A stretch of DNA of 64,000 nt from Centroscyllium fabricii (lineage: Eukaryota), in contig JBNRSN020000016.1 in the NCBI GenBank assembly GCA_051313645.2, forward strand, positions 34,410,001 to 34,474,000, in the 5' to 3' direction. A program made the position numbers and the translations under genes. The notes beneath the pieces are model-generated. The model worked only from the letters and a program-made list of their open reading frames with translations, did no database searches and had not been told where the DNA came from. Position 1 is the stretch's first letter. Every line of letters starts with the position of its first letter. Shown piece after piece: positions 46,521 through 59,522 of this stretch.

Positions 46521-48879
46521 TATCCTTGAGAAGGGGAGAAAAGAGGACTGAATTGATAAAGAAAAAATGCATTTCACAAAGAGCTAAAAATGGGTGAGCT
46601 GTCAATGACCACAGTTGTCACATGGATGAAACAGAACAATTGTATCAGGATTAAAAGCTCCCTTTGTTTCTAACCCTCAGCAATATTGGCCTGAGTTTTC
46701 TGATTGGAGGACATTAGTGACAGGGCAGGACTTCCACCCACCAGGCAGATGCTACCGGAACCTATCCAAATTTCTGGCCCCAGATGGATGGGGGGCTCAT
46801 TTAAATGCAGGGGACTTGTGTCAGACTGGAAACTTACGCCAGACAGGAGACTGAGACTTCCTGTGGCGGACCTCAAGGACCTGCTGCTGCGGGAGGAAGT
46901 AGGACGCGGCTGAGCTGCCTGAAATAGAAATTGCACCAAATTTTAACTTGCAGCTGCTGGGGCCTGAGAGTGCTTTCCAAGGCTCCTCTTTAATTGAACC
47001 ATCAAGGCTCGTTCCAGCGACCTTGAATGCTGGACACCAGGTGCTGAACAGAAGGCCCTGTTGCCCAGCTGTCGATCAGAGCAAGTGACAGCGGAGGCCA
47101 TATTTCCCCCATTTAAATTTAATTTGCCTGCGCCCACCCACATTGAGGTGGGTGCACTTTATATAGCTGGGGCTGCCCGACAGGAAAAGAGTGCAAGGGG
47201 GCATGGTGGACCATGTCCCTGAGCGAGTTTCTACTCCTCAGATCTGCCAAAATAAAATCAGCAGGTGGCTGGTTGAAAAAGTTGGCCCATTGCATCTGAC
47301 TGTATAATCAAATAACATCATAAGAGATGTTAAAAAACTAGAAGATTGGGTGTACAGACATATCAAACTATATTTTGAATAAAATAAATTGTATGAAAAT
47401 ATTGTAATGCAAAACCTCAGATGAAAATATGATTTGAAAGATTTTTTTCTTATGTAATTGTTAGAATAATATCAATTAGTAGACACTGCTCATGACTTGT
47501 TATTGGCAAAAGTGAAATGATCCAGCCTTTTTTTGGGAAACTGGTCATTCAGCTCGGATCATTCTTGTCCAATTACTGGAGAGTTCTGTGCATGTATTCA
47601 TAAACTGAGTACTTTCAGAAAGTGGGTCCTGGCTTGTACATTTCATGTAACTAGATGGCATCATTGCAAGGATTTATCATCTGTTCCACAATTCTTCTGA
47701 ATTGGCGAATACCACGCTCCCAGAAAAATCCTGAGACAGCATGGATTTGATTCCTGAAACAAACTCCTGCAAAATAACCAATTGTTTCTGAACGTTTTTT
47801 CGTGCGTTCATTTTCTCTTCCACTACTTCAGCTGGCTCATGCTTTCTGTCAGCGAGACTGGCCGTATTTAACTTGACAGATTGTTTTGACATAAAACAAA
47901 AACCCTTTCAGCAGAAGCGAAGATTCAAAGCCCACCGTGCTCTGGTAAGTGACTGGAAATGATTCTCAGTTGGAAAAGCAGTAGAATTTGCAAGATTGCA
48001 GTCATCAAGGTCATTCGGTAGAAAAAAGGCTGGATATTTTCAATGCCCTTTGGGCTCAGTTGCAAACTGGCTTAACTCTACAGCAGCACGGATGATCTAC
48101 CTGCATAAACATTTTATAAGGGATTAACGTAAGCTTCAGAACCTATCAATGAGTAGCAAAGCCAGTGAAATGATTGTCATCATCTAAGCTCGGGATGATA
48201 CATGTTTCGTCTAATACCTAGACTGCCACTTAATGAAAGGCTCTTTGATGTAACTACAAGTGACATAACTGAGATCCCCATCAGTGCTATTCATAATGCA
48301 TACACTTCTCAGTTTTTTTTGGGACCTCCTGGAGCTTAAACTATGTGACTAAGTATGCTCCATTAAAACCCACTGCATGATATTTAACATTTAAATTCAC
48401 CCTACCACCAACATCAAAGTGCCCCCGCTTTCATTTCAAATTCAGGCCATCATCTATTTCTAAGGATCATTATAATAGATGGCTGACTCAGTCATCACAG
48501 CGTAAGGTTTGCATTTCAATATCCTTTATAGTAAGTGGAAATTTACAAAAGGCACATTCCTTTGTACAGTGAGTAGGCTAACAAGGCACTTATACAAGTC
48601 TTCTAACCTGAGTTTGTCAGGTTTCTACAGTGTAAATTTATTATATTAGTGCAATAGGATGCAAAGGTTATTTCCTTCCCCTCCACCTCTACCCACCATT
48701 TTGAGTATAATGTAATGTAAAAGTAAATCCTTGTTCCGTATCAGTTGCATGCTTAATGGAAAATAGGAAGTAAGGTGCAAAGCTAAAGATGAATGTCAAA
48801 ATAGCTTCTTTTAAATATCAAACCGGAGAAAAATGTTGCTTTGAACTCTTGTCACCATAGCTTGGACCTCCGCCACCAA

Positions 48880-49145
48880 GGAAGACAAAGGATACAGGTG
48901 CACGGGAACACCAGCACCTCCAAGTTCCCCATGAAGTCAAACACCATCCCGACTTGGATATTCCTTCATTGTTGCTGTGTCAAAATCCTGGCACTCCCTA
49001 CCGAACAGCACTTTGGGAGTACCTTCACCACACGGACTGCAGCGGCTGAGAAGAAGGTGGTGAACCACCACCTTCTGTAGGGAAACACGGGATGGGCAAT
49101 AATTGCTGGCCTGGTTAGCGAAGCCCATGTCCAGAGAATGAATCA
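48880..49145 (+). mobile_element. 3' fragment of the LINE family at 15305
   Basis: GGACTGCAGCGG..AAGAAGGTGG...GGATGGGCAATAA tail. Confidence 0.7.
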
Positions 49146-49926
49146 AAATAAAGTCCATTTATTTTTTGATTAGAGTCTACAGATTTTGGCCAATTTGTTC
49201 AATATTAGCATACTCAGGTACTGTAGCAACCGATAAAAGGTTACAGATGTATTGTGTGTATATATATATACATATGTACAGGGGCATATCTGCCCATACA
49301 TTGTATACCTGTATCTGTATCTGTATCTATGCATTTTAACTATGTATGTTATGTTTTGTACTTTGGCAACATAGGGATGTATCCTGTCATGCCAATAAAG
49401 TTTTTTAAATTGAAAAAAAAATAGAAAAAGGAATATTAGCTGACAGACATTCTTTACACTAGTGTGAAAGTCGTGACAACTGTACCAAGGAGACATGCCT
49501 GGCAAACTGACCTTGGTGGTTGTTGGCAACTCAAAAAGACTGGAAATGATTATATGAATTTCCAATAGGTATTACATTGTCCAACACCTTTGGTAGTGTT
49601 TTGGGTCGTTGCCTTTAGGAAAGTCACAGATGCCAGTACGAAGAGAATCAATCTGTCTTTCTCCTGATAGAAGATCCCTCCTCACTGCCGCCCTTCCCTA
49701 ACAGACATGAGCACATAATATTAGTTCACTGGTGTAATTACCAACAGGGTGGCAATGCCAACTGGGCCTTCATTGAAGGTGGCTTTTGTTAGCTCATATA
49801 TAATCATGCTGGCACAACTAGTATGTTTGTTCCCGTGCTAAGAAATATAAATAATATGTAAATGCTACCAGTATAAGCTTGGTATACGAATCATTTGACA
49901 GCCTTAAACCTTTATTTATCCACAAC

Positions 49927-50318
49927 CGGCACGGTGGCATAGTGGTTAGTACTGTTGTCTCACAGCACTAGAGACCCGGGTTCAAATCCAGCCTCGGGTG
50001 ACTATCTGTGTGGAGTTTGCACATTCTCCCCGTATCTGCGTGAGTTTCCTCCGGGTGCTCCGGTTTCCTCCCACAGTCCAAAGATGTGCGGGTTAGGTTG
50101 ATTGGCCAGGATAAATTGACCCTTCGTGTTAGGGGGATTGAATATGTGGGGTTACGGGGATAGGGTGGGATATGTGTCGATGCAGGCTCGATAGGGATAT
50201 GGGGAGAGGGCAGGGGTGGGGTACTGGGTTTGGATGATCAGCCATGATCTCATTGAATGGCGGAGAAGGGCCGAATGGCCTACTCCTGCTCCTAGTTTCT
50301 ATGTTTCTATGTTTCTAT
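49927..50318 (+). mobile_element. V-SINE, long tail
   Basis: Head, V-domain and (ATGTTTCT)n. Confidence 0.9.
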
Positions 50319-50679
50319 CAATGAACTGCATGTTTTTAAAGTTGTGGGTAGAATTGATGTCTATCTGAGTAAAAAACAGCAATTTAATTATAACCATATA
50401 TTTTGTTATTCCAGATGATTAATTATATAATAGATGCAGTTAGAATTATATATAATGTTCATATAATGTTGTGACTTTAGCTGGTCCTTGAATGTAATAC
50501 TCAGGTATTGTAACTGTGAGTAAATACTGGAAGGTCATGGGATGAATGCAATACCCATGTAAATGTAATTTTGGCTAAATATTGGCTATTTGAATTACAG
50601 TTTATTGAGCAATTTTGACTGAATACTTGACTGCCTTATCTGATCCTACATTAAAATCTAATTATTGGTTTATTGGTAT

Positions 50680-53600
50680 TGTGGGAAACCTGAGTTTTCC
50701 ACTTTAAAATCTTCAATAAACGAGGAAGCAGCGGAGCAAAGTAAAACACTTCTTTACTCAAACATCAACAATGCAGAACTGAGAGAAACGGCGCGAAAAC
50801 GCAAGGCATTGTGGGAGCTGTTGATTGACAGCCCCACGGACCAATCAGGAGCGGCTCCCGTTGACCCAACTGACCTATGTGGGAACGGGGGCGGGTCCGC
50901 TCAAGTAAAGGCGGATTCTAGGTCCTAAAGACCTCGGATGAGTCTCTTGTAGTAGTTACACTACACACGCCCCCCCCCAGAATCCACATACACGTGGTAC
51001 GTCAACCTCCGAGGCGGCCGCTGCGAGAGCGGTATGCCACCGGTGCAGGAGAGGATGCCGGAGAGTCTTGTGACGGGCTAGGAGGTAACTGTTCCTCAGG
51101 CACAGAGGAAGGCGAAACGGGGGTGAAACAAAAACTGGAACCATACCCGAGGGCGTAAAGACCATGGGAGCCACTGCAGGTACGTCTGGAACGAAGAATG
51201 ACTCCTGGCGGGTGTCCGTGGGAAACTGCTCTTGTAAGGTGGGGTTGAATTGGGCCGGCTTAAGACGGTCGATAGACACGCGGTCCCGTCGACCCCCGAC
51301 CTCCAACAGGAAGGATTTGTCACCAGCCTCCAGCACCCGGAAAGGGCCAGTATATGGTGCCTGCAAGGGGGTTCTGTGGGAGTCGCGGCACACAAAATCA
51401 AACTTGGCCCGCCGGAGCTCTGTGGGCACGTGAGTCGAGCGGACGCCATGCCGAGAGGTGGGCACAGGGAGAAAACAGTGCGCCACATCATGGAGCTGGG
51501 CGAGCTGGCCGCTGGCAGACCAAGAATCCGCAGTGGAGGGGAAAAATTTCCCTGGAACGTGGACAGGCTGTCCAAAAACGATTTCAGCAGATGAGGTGCC
51601 AAGGTCGTCCTTGGGTGCAGAACGTAGCCCGAGCAAGACCCAAGGTAGTCTGTCGAGCCAATTAGCATCAACCGGGCTAGCTCAGAGTGAGGCTTTGAGG
51701 GCGTGGTGGAAACGTTCGCAAATGCCGTTCGACTGGGAATGATATGCAGTGGTGCGATGCACCTGCGTACCTAGACCAGAGGCCAGTGCATTCCAGAGTT
51801 GAGAGGTGAACTGGGGGCCCCTGTCGGAAGTGATGTCCGATGGTATCCCGAAGCGGGCCACCCATGAAAAAATGAAAGCCTGGGCGATGTTGGCCGCCGT
51901 GGTGGAAGAAAGAGGGATGACCTCCGGCCACCTAGTGGTGCGGTCGACGACCGTGAGGAGATGGGTAAAACCCTGTGATGGGGGCAATGGGCCCACCAGG
52001 TCGACATGTACATGGTCAAAGTGCCGCTCGGGCACCGGGAAGTGCTCTAAGGGGGCCTTGGTATGACGATGGACCTTGGCACGCTGGCAGTCCTGGCAGG
52101 CGTTGGTCCAGTCCCGCATGTCTTTATGAAGACCTGGCCAAACGAACTTGGCGGACATGAGCTTTTGGGAAGCCCGCATGCTGGGGTGTGAGAGGCCATG
52201 GACTAACTGAAAAATGCACCTGCGCCAGGAGGTGGGTACCAAGGGCCTGTGGCTGGGGACGGACACGTCACATAAAAGGGTCATGCCGGCGTCGTGAAAG
52301 TGAACGTCTGTCAGGGTGAGGCTGGTGGACGTGGCACGAAGAGCCTGCAGCTTGGAGTCCGCTCGCTGGGCACGTGCCATTTCAGCGTAGTCAACACCAA
52401 CCTGGACACCGTTGAGAGTAGGGTGGGACAGACAATCCACGACGACATTGGCCTTACCAGACACGTGCCGGATATTTGTTATCTGTTGTAAATTCGGAAA
52501 TGAAGTTCAGGTGACGCTGTTGGCGACCTGACCAAGGTTCTGTAGCCTTTGGCATGGCAAAAATAAGTGGCTTGTGGTCCACATAGGCCATAAAAGGGCG
52601 GCCCTCAAGAAGGAAACGGAAGTGACGCACTGCGAGGAAAAGGGCTAGCAGTTCATGATCGAACGTGCTATATGAAAGCTCACTTTTCCACAGTTGGCGG
52701 CTAAAAAAGGCGAGGGGCTGCCAGGCACCGTCCACCCATTGTTGTTGAACGGCGCCTACGGCGTGATCCGAGGCAGCTGTCGTGAGAGACAGAGGGGCTC
52801 CCGGGATGGGGTGAGTCAAAAGAGTGGCCTCAGCCAAGGCCGACTTAGTGAGGCGAAAGGCCTGAAGCATATCCACGGACCACTGAAGGCTATCCTTACC
52901 GGTCTTACCCCTGGTAGCCTCACACAAGGGAACATGATGGAGGCTGCCCGAGGGAGGAAACGATGGTAAAAATTAACCATTCCAAGAAATTCCTGGAGTG
53001 ACTTGACCGAGTTAGGCTGAGGGAAATCCGCGACCGCTTGTACCTTGGAGCGCAAAGGGATGGCTCCCGCCGGGGAGATGTGATGCCCAAGAAAATCGAT
53101 CTCAGGGCGGCCAAATTGGCATTTTACTGGGTTGACAATTAATCCATGGTGGGCCAACCTCTGAAAAAGAGAACGCAGGTGAATTACATGTTGTGAATCA
53201 TTAACACTAGCAACTAAAATGTCATCAAGATATACAAATAAAAAAACAAGTCCCGAAGGACAGAGTCCATCAAACGTTGAAAAACCTGTGCAGCATTTTT
53301 TAATGCAAAGGGCATGCACAAAAATCCAAAAAGTCCAAAAGGCGTAACAACAGCTGTTTTTTGAATATCATTCGGATGCACCGGGACCTGGTGATACCCT
53401 CGGACGAGGTCGATCTTGGAGAAAATGGTGGCGCCCGCGAATTCGGCTGAGAAGTCCAGAATATGTGGGACCGAGTATCTATCCGGCGTGGTGGCATCAT
53501 TAAGGCGTCGATCATCACCGCATAATCTCCAACCACCTCCCGGCTTGGGAACGATATGGAGTGGAGACGACCACAGGCTGTTGGAAGGCCGGATGATCCC

Positions 53601-55246
53601 CAACTTTTCCAGAACGGAGAATTCTTGCTTGGCGACCACCAACTTCACGGGGTCGAGGCGCCTGGCTCTGGCGAAGACTGGTGGACCTGTGCTGGCGATA
53701 TGATGCAAGACGCCATGCTTGGTGGTAACGCCGGAGAAGGTCGGCTGAGTGAGGGCGGGGAATTCGGCCAGCAGACGTGCGTACTTGTCGCCTGGAAGAG
53801 GAGAGCAGGAGCTGACGAAGGGCTGACAGTCGCCCTGTTGGCGGGGGAAGGAAGCGAAAGTGGAAGCGTCCATGAAACGTCTGCCCAGGACGTCTACAAG
53901 CAGGCCGTGGGCACATAGGAAATCAGCGCCCAGCAATGGACATTCAATGTTGGCCGTGACAAAGTCCCATGCGAAGCGTTGGTCGCCCAGTCGTATTTCA
54001 GCGCGCCGCTTAATGAATGTGGCTATAGCTACGCCATTGATGGCAATGAGTAGTGGGCCGCTGCAGCTGGACCGTCGATCGGCCCGCGTGGCTGGCAATA
54101 TGCTGAGTTGGGCCCCTGTGTCGCAAAGGAAGCATTGGCCGGACAGAGAGTCTGTAATGTAGAGCAACTGGCCTGCTGTGCCCATGGCGTTAGCGGTGGC
54201 TGGGCCTTGGCGGCATGGCTGGTTCGAAACCTTGGGCTTGGGTTGAGCCAGTTTTCCTTCAAAGGTGCAAGGCGGTCGGCAGCGGTGGGCATTCGGGCCG
54301 AAGCGGGCGTGATAGTAGCAAAGCTCCGGTCGAGTTCGGGTGGTTGGCTGCGGCGAGGGGGTCGGGAGCCTTATGGCGGCGCTCGTGCTAGGTGTACAGA
54401 GACAGATGCGGTCTGCTGTGGCGGCGAAATTGGCATAATCCTCCCCTTTGAAATTTGCCAATTCTGACTGCACCGGTTGAGGAAGCAGGTTGATAAAGAG
54501 CGCCCTAAACAAGGGACACTCCCTGTGGTCGCCGAGTAAGGCAAGCAGTCTGTTCATTAAACACCTAGGCGTGGAGTCACCGAGCAGCGGGAGGTCTAGA
54601 AGTTGCCAGGCCCGCACGGCCTCAGGTAGGTCGTGGGCCTGTAGCAAGCGCTTCTTTACAGCAGTGTACCTGTCGTCCATTGGCGGGTCGCGAAGCAAGT
54701 CGACTATGTCGGCGGCGACATGGCTCGGCAGGGCTGCAACCATGAGATAATATCGATCTTCATCCAGGGTGATGCGTTGTAGGCAGAACTGCGCCTCCGT
54801 CTGTATAAACCAAGTGGCTGCTTGGCGTTCCCAGAAGGGTGGGAGTCTCGCAGTCGATGGCCATTCGGTTTGGCGGGCCGCTGCGGGCGTGGTTTGGCGG
54901 GCCGCTGTGGGCATATTCGAGTCAGCAGTATCGCTGTCTGACATGTCAGGGTCACCAAATGTGGGAAACCTGAGTTTTCCACCTTAAAGTCTTCAATAAA
55001 CGGAGGAAGCAGCGGAGCAAAGTAAAACACTTCTTTATTCAAACATCAACAACGCAGAACTGAGAGAAACGGCGTGAAAACGCAATGCATTGTGGGGGAT
55101 GTTGATTGACAGCCCCACGGACCAATCAGGAGCAGCTCCCATTGACCCAACTGATCTATGGGGGAACGGGGGCGGGTCCGCTCAAGCAAAGGTGGATTCT
55201 AGGCCCTAAAGACCTCGGATGAGTCTCTTGTAGTAGTTACACTGCA
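50680..55246 (-). mobile_element. Full-length Ty3/Gypsy LTR retrotransposon (CsRn1-like), decayed
   Basis: LTRs at 50680-50965 and 54960-55246 (TG...CA), 4-bp TSD GTAT, PBS TGGTGACCCTGACA (tRNA-Trp-like) at 54944-54957, and a G-rich PPT at about 50966-50980. Confidence 0.96.
50956..54944 (-). pseudogene. Gypsy gag-pol, frameshifted
   Basis: Gag LPPFW..WF and CYYHARFGPNAHRCRPPC, protease FLCDTGA, RT FSKIDLVRGYHQ and YLDDILV, RNase H YSTFDHELLA/DHKPL, integrase HGLSH..C..C, DRGPQF and NGICERFH, and a GPF motif. Spread over five ORFs. Confidence 0.93.
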
Positions 55247-55447
55247 GTATGGCCTCCAATAGGGAATTCAGGAGAAACTTCTTTACCCAAAGAGTGGTTA
55301 GAAATGGAACTCTCTGCCACAAGGAGTGGTTGAGGTGAACAGCATAGATACATTTAAGGAGAAGTTAGATATACACATGGGTTGTAGTTTTGAACCTGCA
55401 GTTTGACAGTAAAGTAAATATTTGTAAAGCTCTCTTGCACAGACTTC

Positions 55448-56499
55448 GGGGGGAACTTTGCCGGAAGGGCGGGAACCTGGCGGGGATTGGTCTGGGTGGC
55501 TTCCTGTCCCGCCCACCCAAACAGCTGGGAAGCCCACGCAGTTTAAATTTAATTGAGTTGTTAAATCCACGCCGGCGGCAGCAGGTAGTAATTAACTCAA
55601 TCGAGTCGGGCTCCAGCGGAGCTGCAAAGAGATTGATTGACAGTTCCAGCACTGGTTGTTGACAGTTCCCATGGAAACACTCCACTGTGACATCACAGTC
55701 GAGTGGAACCAATGGGAAAGATCAAGTGCTGGTGACTGACAGGTGGGCGGGCGGGCTCAGAATCCTTGACAGCTCGCACCGGCTGTGAGCAAATGTGCAG
55801 AGCTGAGATTTCTCAGTTTTTGCTCACAGCTGGGGCAGGCAGCATGGAGTCACTTACTAAGGTGCTGGAGGCATGCCAAGCATTTGGCAGCATGTCCTTC
55901 ACACCTTGAAGGAGAAAGTAATAACCAGCGCTGTGATGGGGTTAGGGCGGGAAACAGCTCAAAATGGCTGAGGGCCCTTAAAATGACATTAAACATGCCA
56001 ATTAAGGGCCCTTAATGAGGTTACAACCCATCGCCGCCGGCCGGTGGCGGGAAGGTTTTGGGGCGGGGAATCAAGGCGGGGGAAAATGATAAAGCGCCGG
56101 GGGGGGGGGGGGGGTCGTGACCCACTGGTTGCGCTATTTTGCCAGCCGAGCCGCCGAAAACTCCGCCTCACGGGGACATAGAATCATAAAAACATAGAAG
56201 ATAGGAGCAGGAGTAGGCCATTTGGCCCCTCGAGCCTGCTCCGCCATTCAATGAGATCATGGCTGATTATCCAAACTCAGTACCCTGTCCCTGCCTTCTC
56301 CCCATATCCCTTGATCCCTCTAGCCTTAAGAAATACATCCAGCTCCTTCTTGAATATATTCAATGAACTAGCCTCCACCGCCCTCTGTGGCAGAGAAATC
56401 CACAGGTTCACCACACTCTGGGTGAAGAAATTCCTCCTCATCTCTGTCCTAGATGAGTTACCCCTTATCCTTAGACTAAGGGACATGAAAATCCCCCCC
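55448..56499. mobile_element. Harbinger-type MITE family A with a CR1 3' fragment inserted (about 56178-56478)
   Basis: G6/C7 termini flanked by TTC on both sides. GGGACAT is duplicated around the CR1 fragment. Confidence 0.8.
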
Positions 56500-57074
56500 T
56501 TCATTTGCCCTTTGTCGATCACCTGCCGTGTGCCTTCAACATTATAATATAAATCTAGCATATCTTATTTCACTGATGGCTCTACTTTTGTGATTCAGGT
56601 ACATGTGGTTCACTATTGTGCAAAAGGCTTAAAGTGTGTACCGTCAAAATACAATAAAATGCTTTCCTTTTCCTTGAGAAAGGTGAAAAGAAATCATGTT
56701 CCAGATTGAAACTCTTTTTCATTATATTTAGACTTATGGAAACCATTACAATGCATTTAAGGGGAAGCTAGATAAAACATAAAGGAATACAAGGATATGT
56801 TGATAGAACATAAGAACATAAGAAATAGGAGCAGGAGTAGGCCAATCGGCCTCTCGAGCCTGCTCCGCCATTCAACAAGATCATGGCTGATCTGATCCCA
56901 ACCTCAAATCTACTTTCACTCTCCATCCCACCCAAACCCATGTGATCGCCCGGGAGAGGCGAAAAACCAGATTTAAAACCCAGTGGCCAATTTGGGAGAA
57001 AAAAGTGAGATGAAGTAAGGTGGGAGGAGGTTTGTGTGGAGCATAAACATCGGCTTAGACCAGTTGGGCTGAAT

Positions 57075-57540
57075 GGGGAGGCGGTGGCGTAGTGGTTGTG
57101 TCACTAGACTAGTAAGCCAGAGGCTCAGTCAAATGCTCTGAGGATATGGGTTCAAATCCCACCATGGCAGCTGGTGGAATTTAAATTCAATTCAATTTAA
57201 TTGTGGAATTGAATGTTAGTCTTAGTAATGGCGACCATGATACCATTGTCGATTGTTGCCAAACCCCATCTGGTTCACTAATGTCCTTTAGGGAAGGAAA
57301 TCTGCCGTCCTTACCTGGTCTGGCCTACATGTGACTCCAGACCCACAGCAATGTGGTTGACTCTTAATGCCCTCTGAAATGGCCCAGCAGGCCACTCAGT
57401 TGTAAACAACCGCTACGAAAAACAATAAGACTGCAGCGGTTCAAGAAGACGGCTCACCACCATCTTCTCAAGGGCAATTAGGGATGGGCACTAAATGCAG
57501 GCCTAGCCAGCCAGCGACGCCCACATCCCATCAATGAATA
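57075..57540 (+). mobile_element. tRNA-derived SINE with Meta-like central block
   Basis: A box GTGGCGTAGTGG, B box GGTTCAAATCC, central CCCATCTGGTTCACTAATGTCCTTTAGGGAAGGAAATCTGCC, and a tail shared with LINE 15305-16258. The domain name is from recall. Confidence 0.8.
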
Positions 57541-57599
57541 ATTTTTATTTTTTTAAATGGCCTGTTTCTGTGCTGTAATATTTTATGTAATGCTTTAAA

Positions 57600-58364
57600 G
57601 ACCCAGATTTTGCAGTCAGTGGCAAAGGAATGGCGCTCACCATTCACTACACTTACAGTTGCCCGCAGACTTTTCACAGGCTTTTGAGCAGCAACTTACG
57701 GTCATCGGGAGTCTGATACAGCGTGGTGCCCTGTACAGGGGATCTGGGTGTGTCTGAGCAGGCCAAGCAACAGTGTTTCTTCAACCAATCAGATTGAAGA
57801 ATCCTCACGGAAGCATGCAGAGTCTAAACCAGGAAGTATAAATTAAACATTTAATTAATTGTAAAATAAGGTACAGAAAGTGAAAGAAAGATGGGATTAA
57901 GAGAAAGAGATAAAAGAGACAGACTGAAAAAGTTTAAAAAAAGATTATAATGTTTAATTTTTTTGAAATCTCCAACAATAATTAAATTCTGAAGGAATGA
58001 GATGCCACACTTGTAAAATTAAATTTTCAGTGCCAGCGAGGTTGTTCGGCAGGAATTAATACTTATGATGCTGTTAAAAATTCACTTACACATTAATGCC
58101 CCAGCTCTAACTTTGTCTGGCGTGTTTAGTGGGTATCTAGTGGGTAAATACAGCAACTTCACACCCTTACATGGATTTTAATGCTGAGTCTCTCAGCGAG
58201 GTATTAGCGAATCTTGTGGCTGAGCAGGGCAAACCGGACAACAGCTTCTGCATTTCCGCATTTAACTGCGCATGTGCAGACACCGGAAATTGCTGCCCAA
58301 TTTACTCCATCATAATTGTGAGTGCTGTTAGCCTCAACTTTATTCTTAATGCAAAATCTGGGCC
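57600..58364. mobile_element. Harbinger-type MITE
   Basis: G.CCCAGATTTTGCA...TGCAAAATCTGGGCC inverted termini. Confidence 0.7.
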
Positions 58365-58910
58365 AATGTCATTAGCACCACAGAAATAACAGTACAAAAT
58401 GAATATGAGCATTACTTGGATACTCGTGCTGCAATGGACATAAAATTAAGTGTCCCACATTTTAACCATTAGCCCCTATTTTTTATGGCTTTCTGTCCCT
58501 GATTTTCAAATTTACCGGTTGAGAAGTATGTGTATGAGTACTGAATAAATACTTTACTCCACACTGCTTTGAGAGTGCTATAAATTAATGGAACAAACTA
58601 TATCGTTTGTGCAACATGTAGTGGAACTGTTTGACTTGTGTAATCATTGGATTATATAAATGATCATAAAATAATTTTATGTAATTAATTCTGAGCCCAT
58701 TTCATCTATAAGTGAAATGTTACTTTTGGTCACGTTAATGTTACTAATGCACTGTCCAAGCTAATTGGAGCTGACATTTGTCTTTAGAAGGAGGATTTCA
58801 CCAACAAACATGAATAAAAGGCCAGAAGAAAATATAAATGCTGCAACGTATGATTTTATTTTAAATGGTTAGTGCAAGTTATGCATTCAGAATGTCATCA
58901 TATAGATGAC

Positions 58911-59232
58911 TGGTTAGCAGTGTAGCCTCACAGCGCCATGGGCCCGCGTTCAAATCCGGCCTCGGGTACTATCTGTGTGGAGTTTGCACATTCTCCCCGT
59001 GGCTGCGTGGGTTTCCTCCGGGTGCTCCGGTTTCCTCCCACAGTCCAAAGATGTGCGGGTTAGGTTGATTGGCCAGGATAAATTGACCCTTAGTGTTAGG
59101 GGGATTGAATGTGTGGGGGTTACGGGGATAGGGTGGGATATGTGTCGGTGCAGGCTCGATGGGTCGAAATGGCCTCTATCTGCACTGTAGAGATTCTATG
59201 ATTCTCTGATTCTATGATTCTATGATTCTATG
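58911..59232 (+). mobile_element. V-SINE, short tail
   Basis: V-domain and (ATTCTATG)n. Confidence 0.88.
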
Positions 59233-59522
59233 AGTGAAGGGCGGTCACTTCAGTTAGCATCGTCACTGGCTATTACGATCAGAATGGGCTTTTACACACT
59301 TATCACACTTAAACATATTGCTTGCACTGCATAAGAGTAATGCAGACCAGACAACTAAAGTGAAGGTTAACAATTAAATGAATTTGGAAAGCTTTAGTGC
59401 ACTGTATATAACAAATTACCCAAACTAAAAAGGATTTATTTCTGAATCGTAGGAACAGGAGTAGGCCACTCAGCCCCTCGAGTCTGTTCCGCCATCGCGG
59501 CTGATCTGTATCTTAACTCCAT

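Noticed and set aside
57075-57165. tRNA gene
   Set aside because: A and B boxes only; this is the head of a SINE, as with the V-SINE heads.
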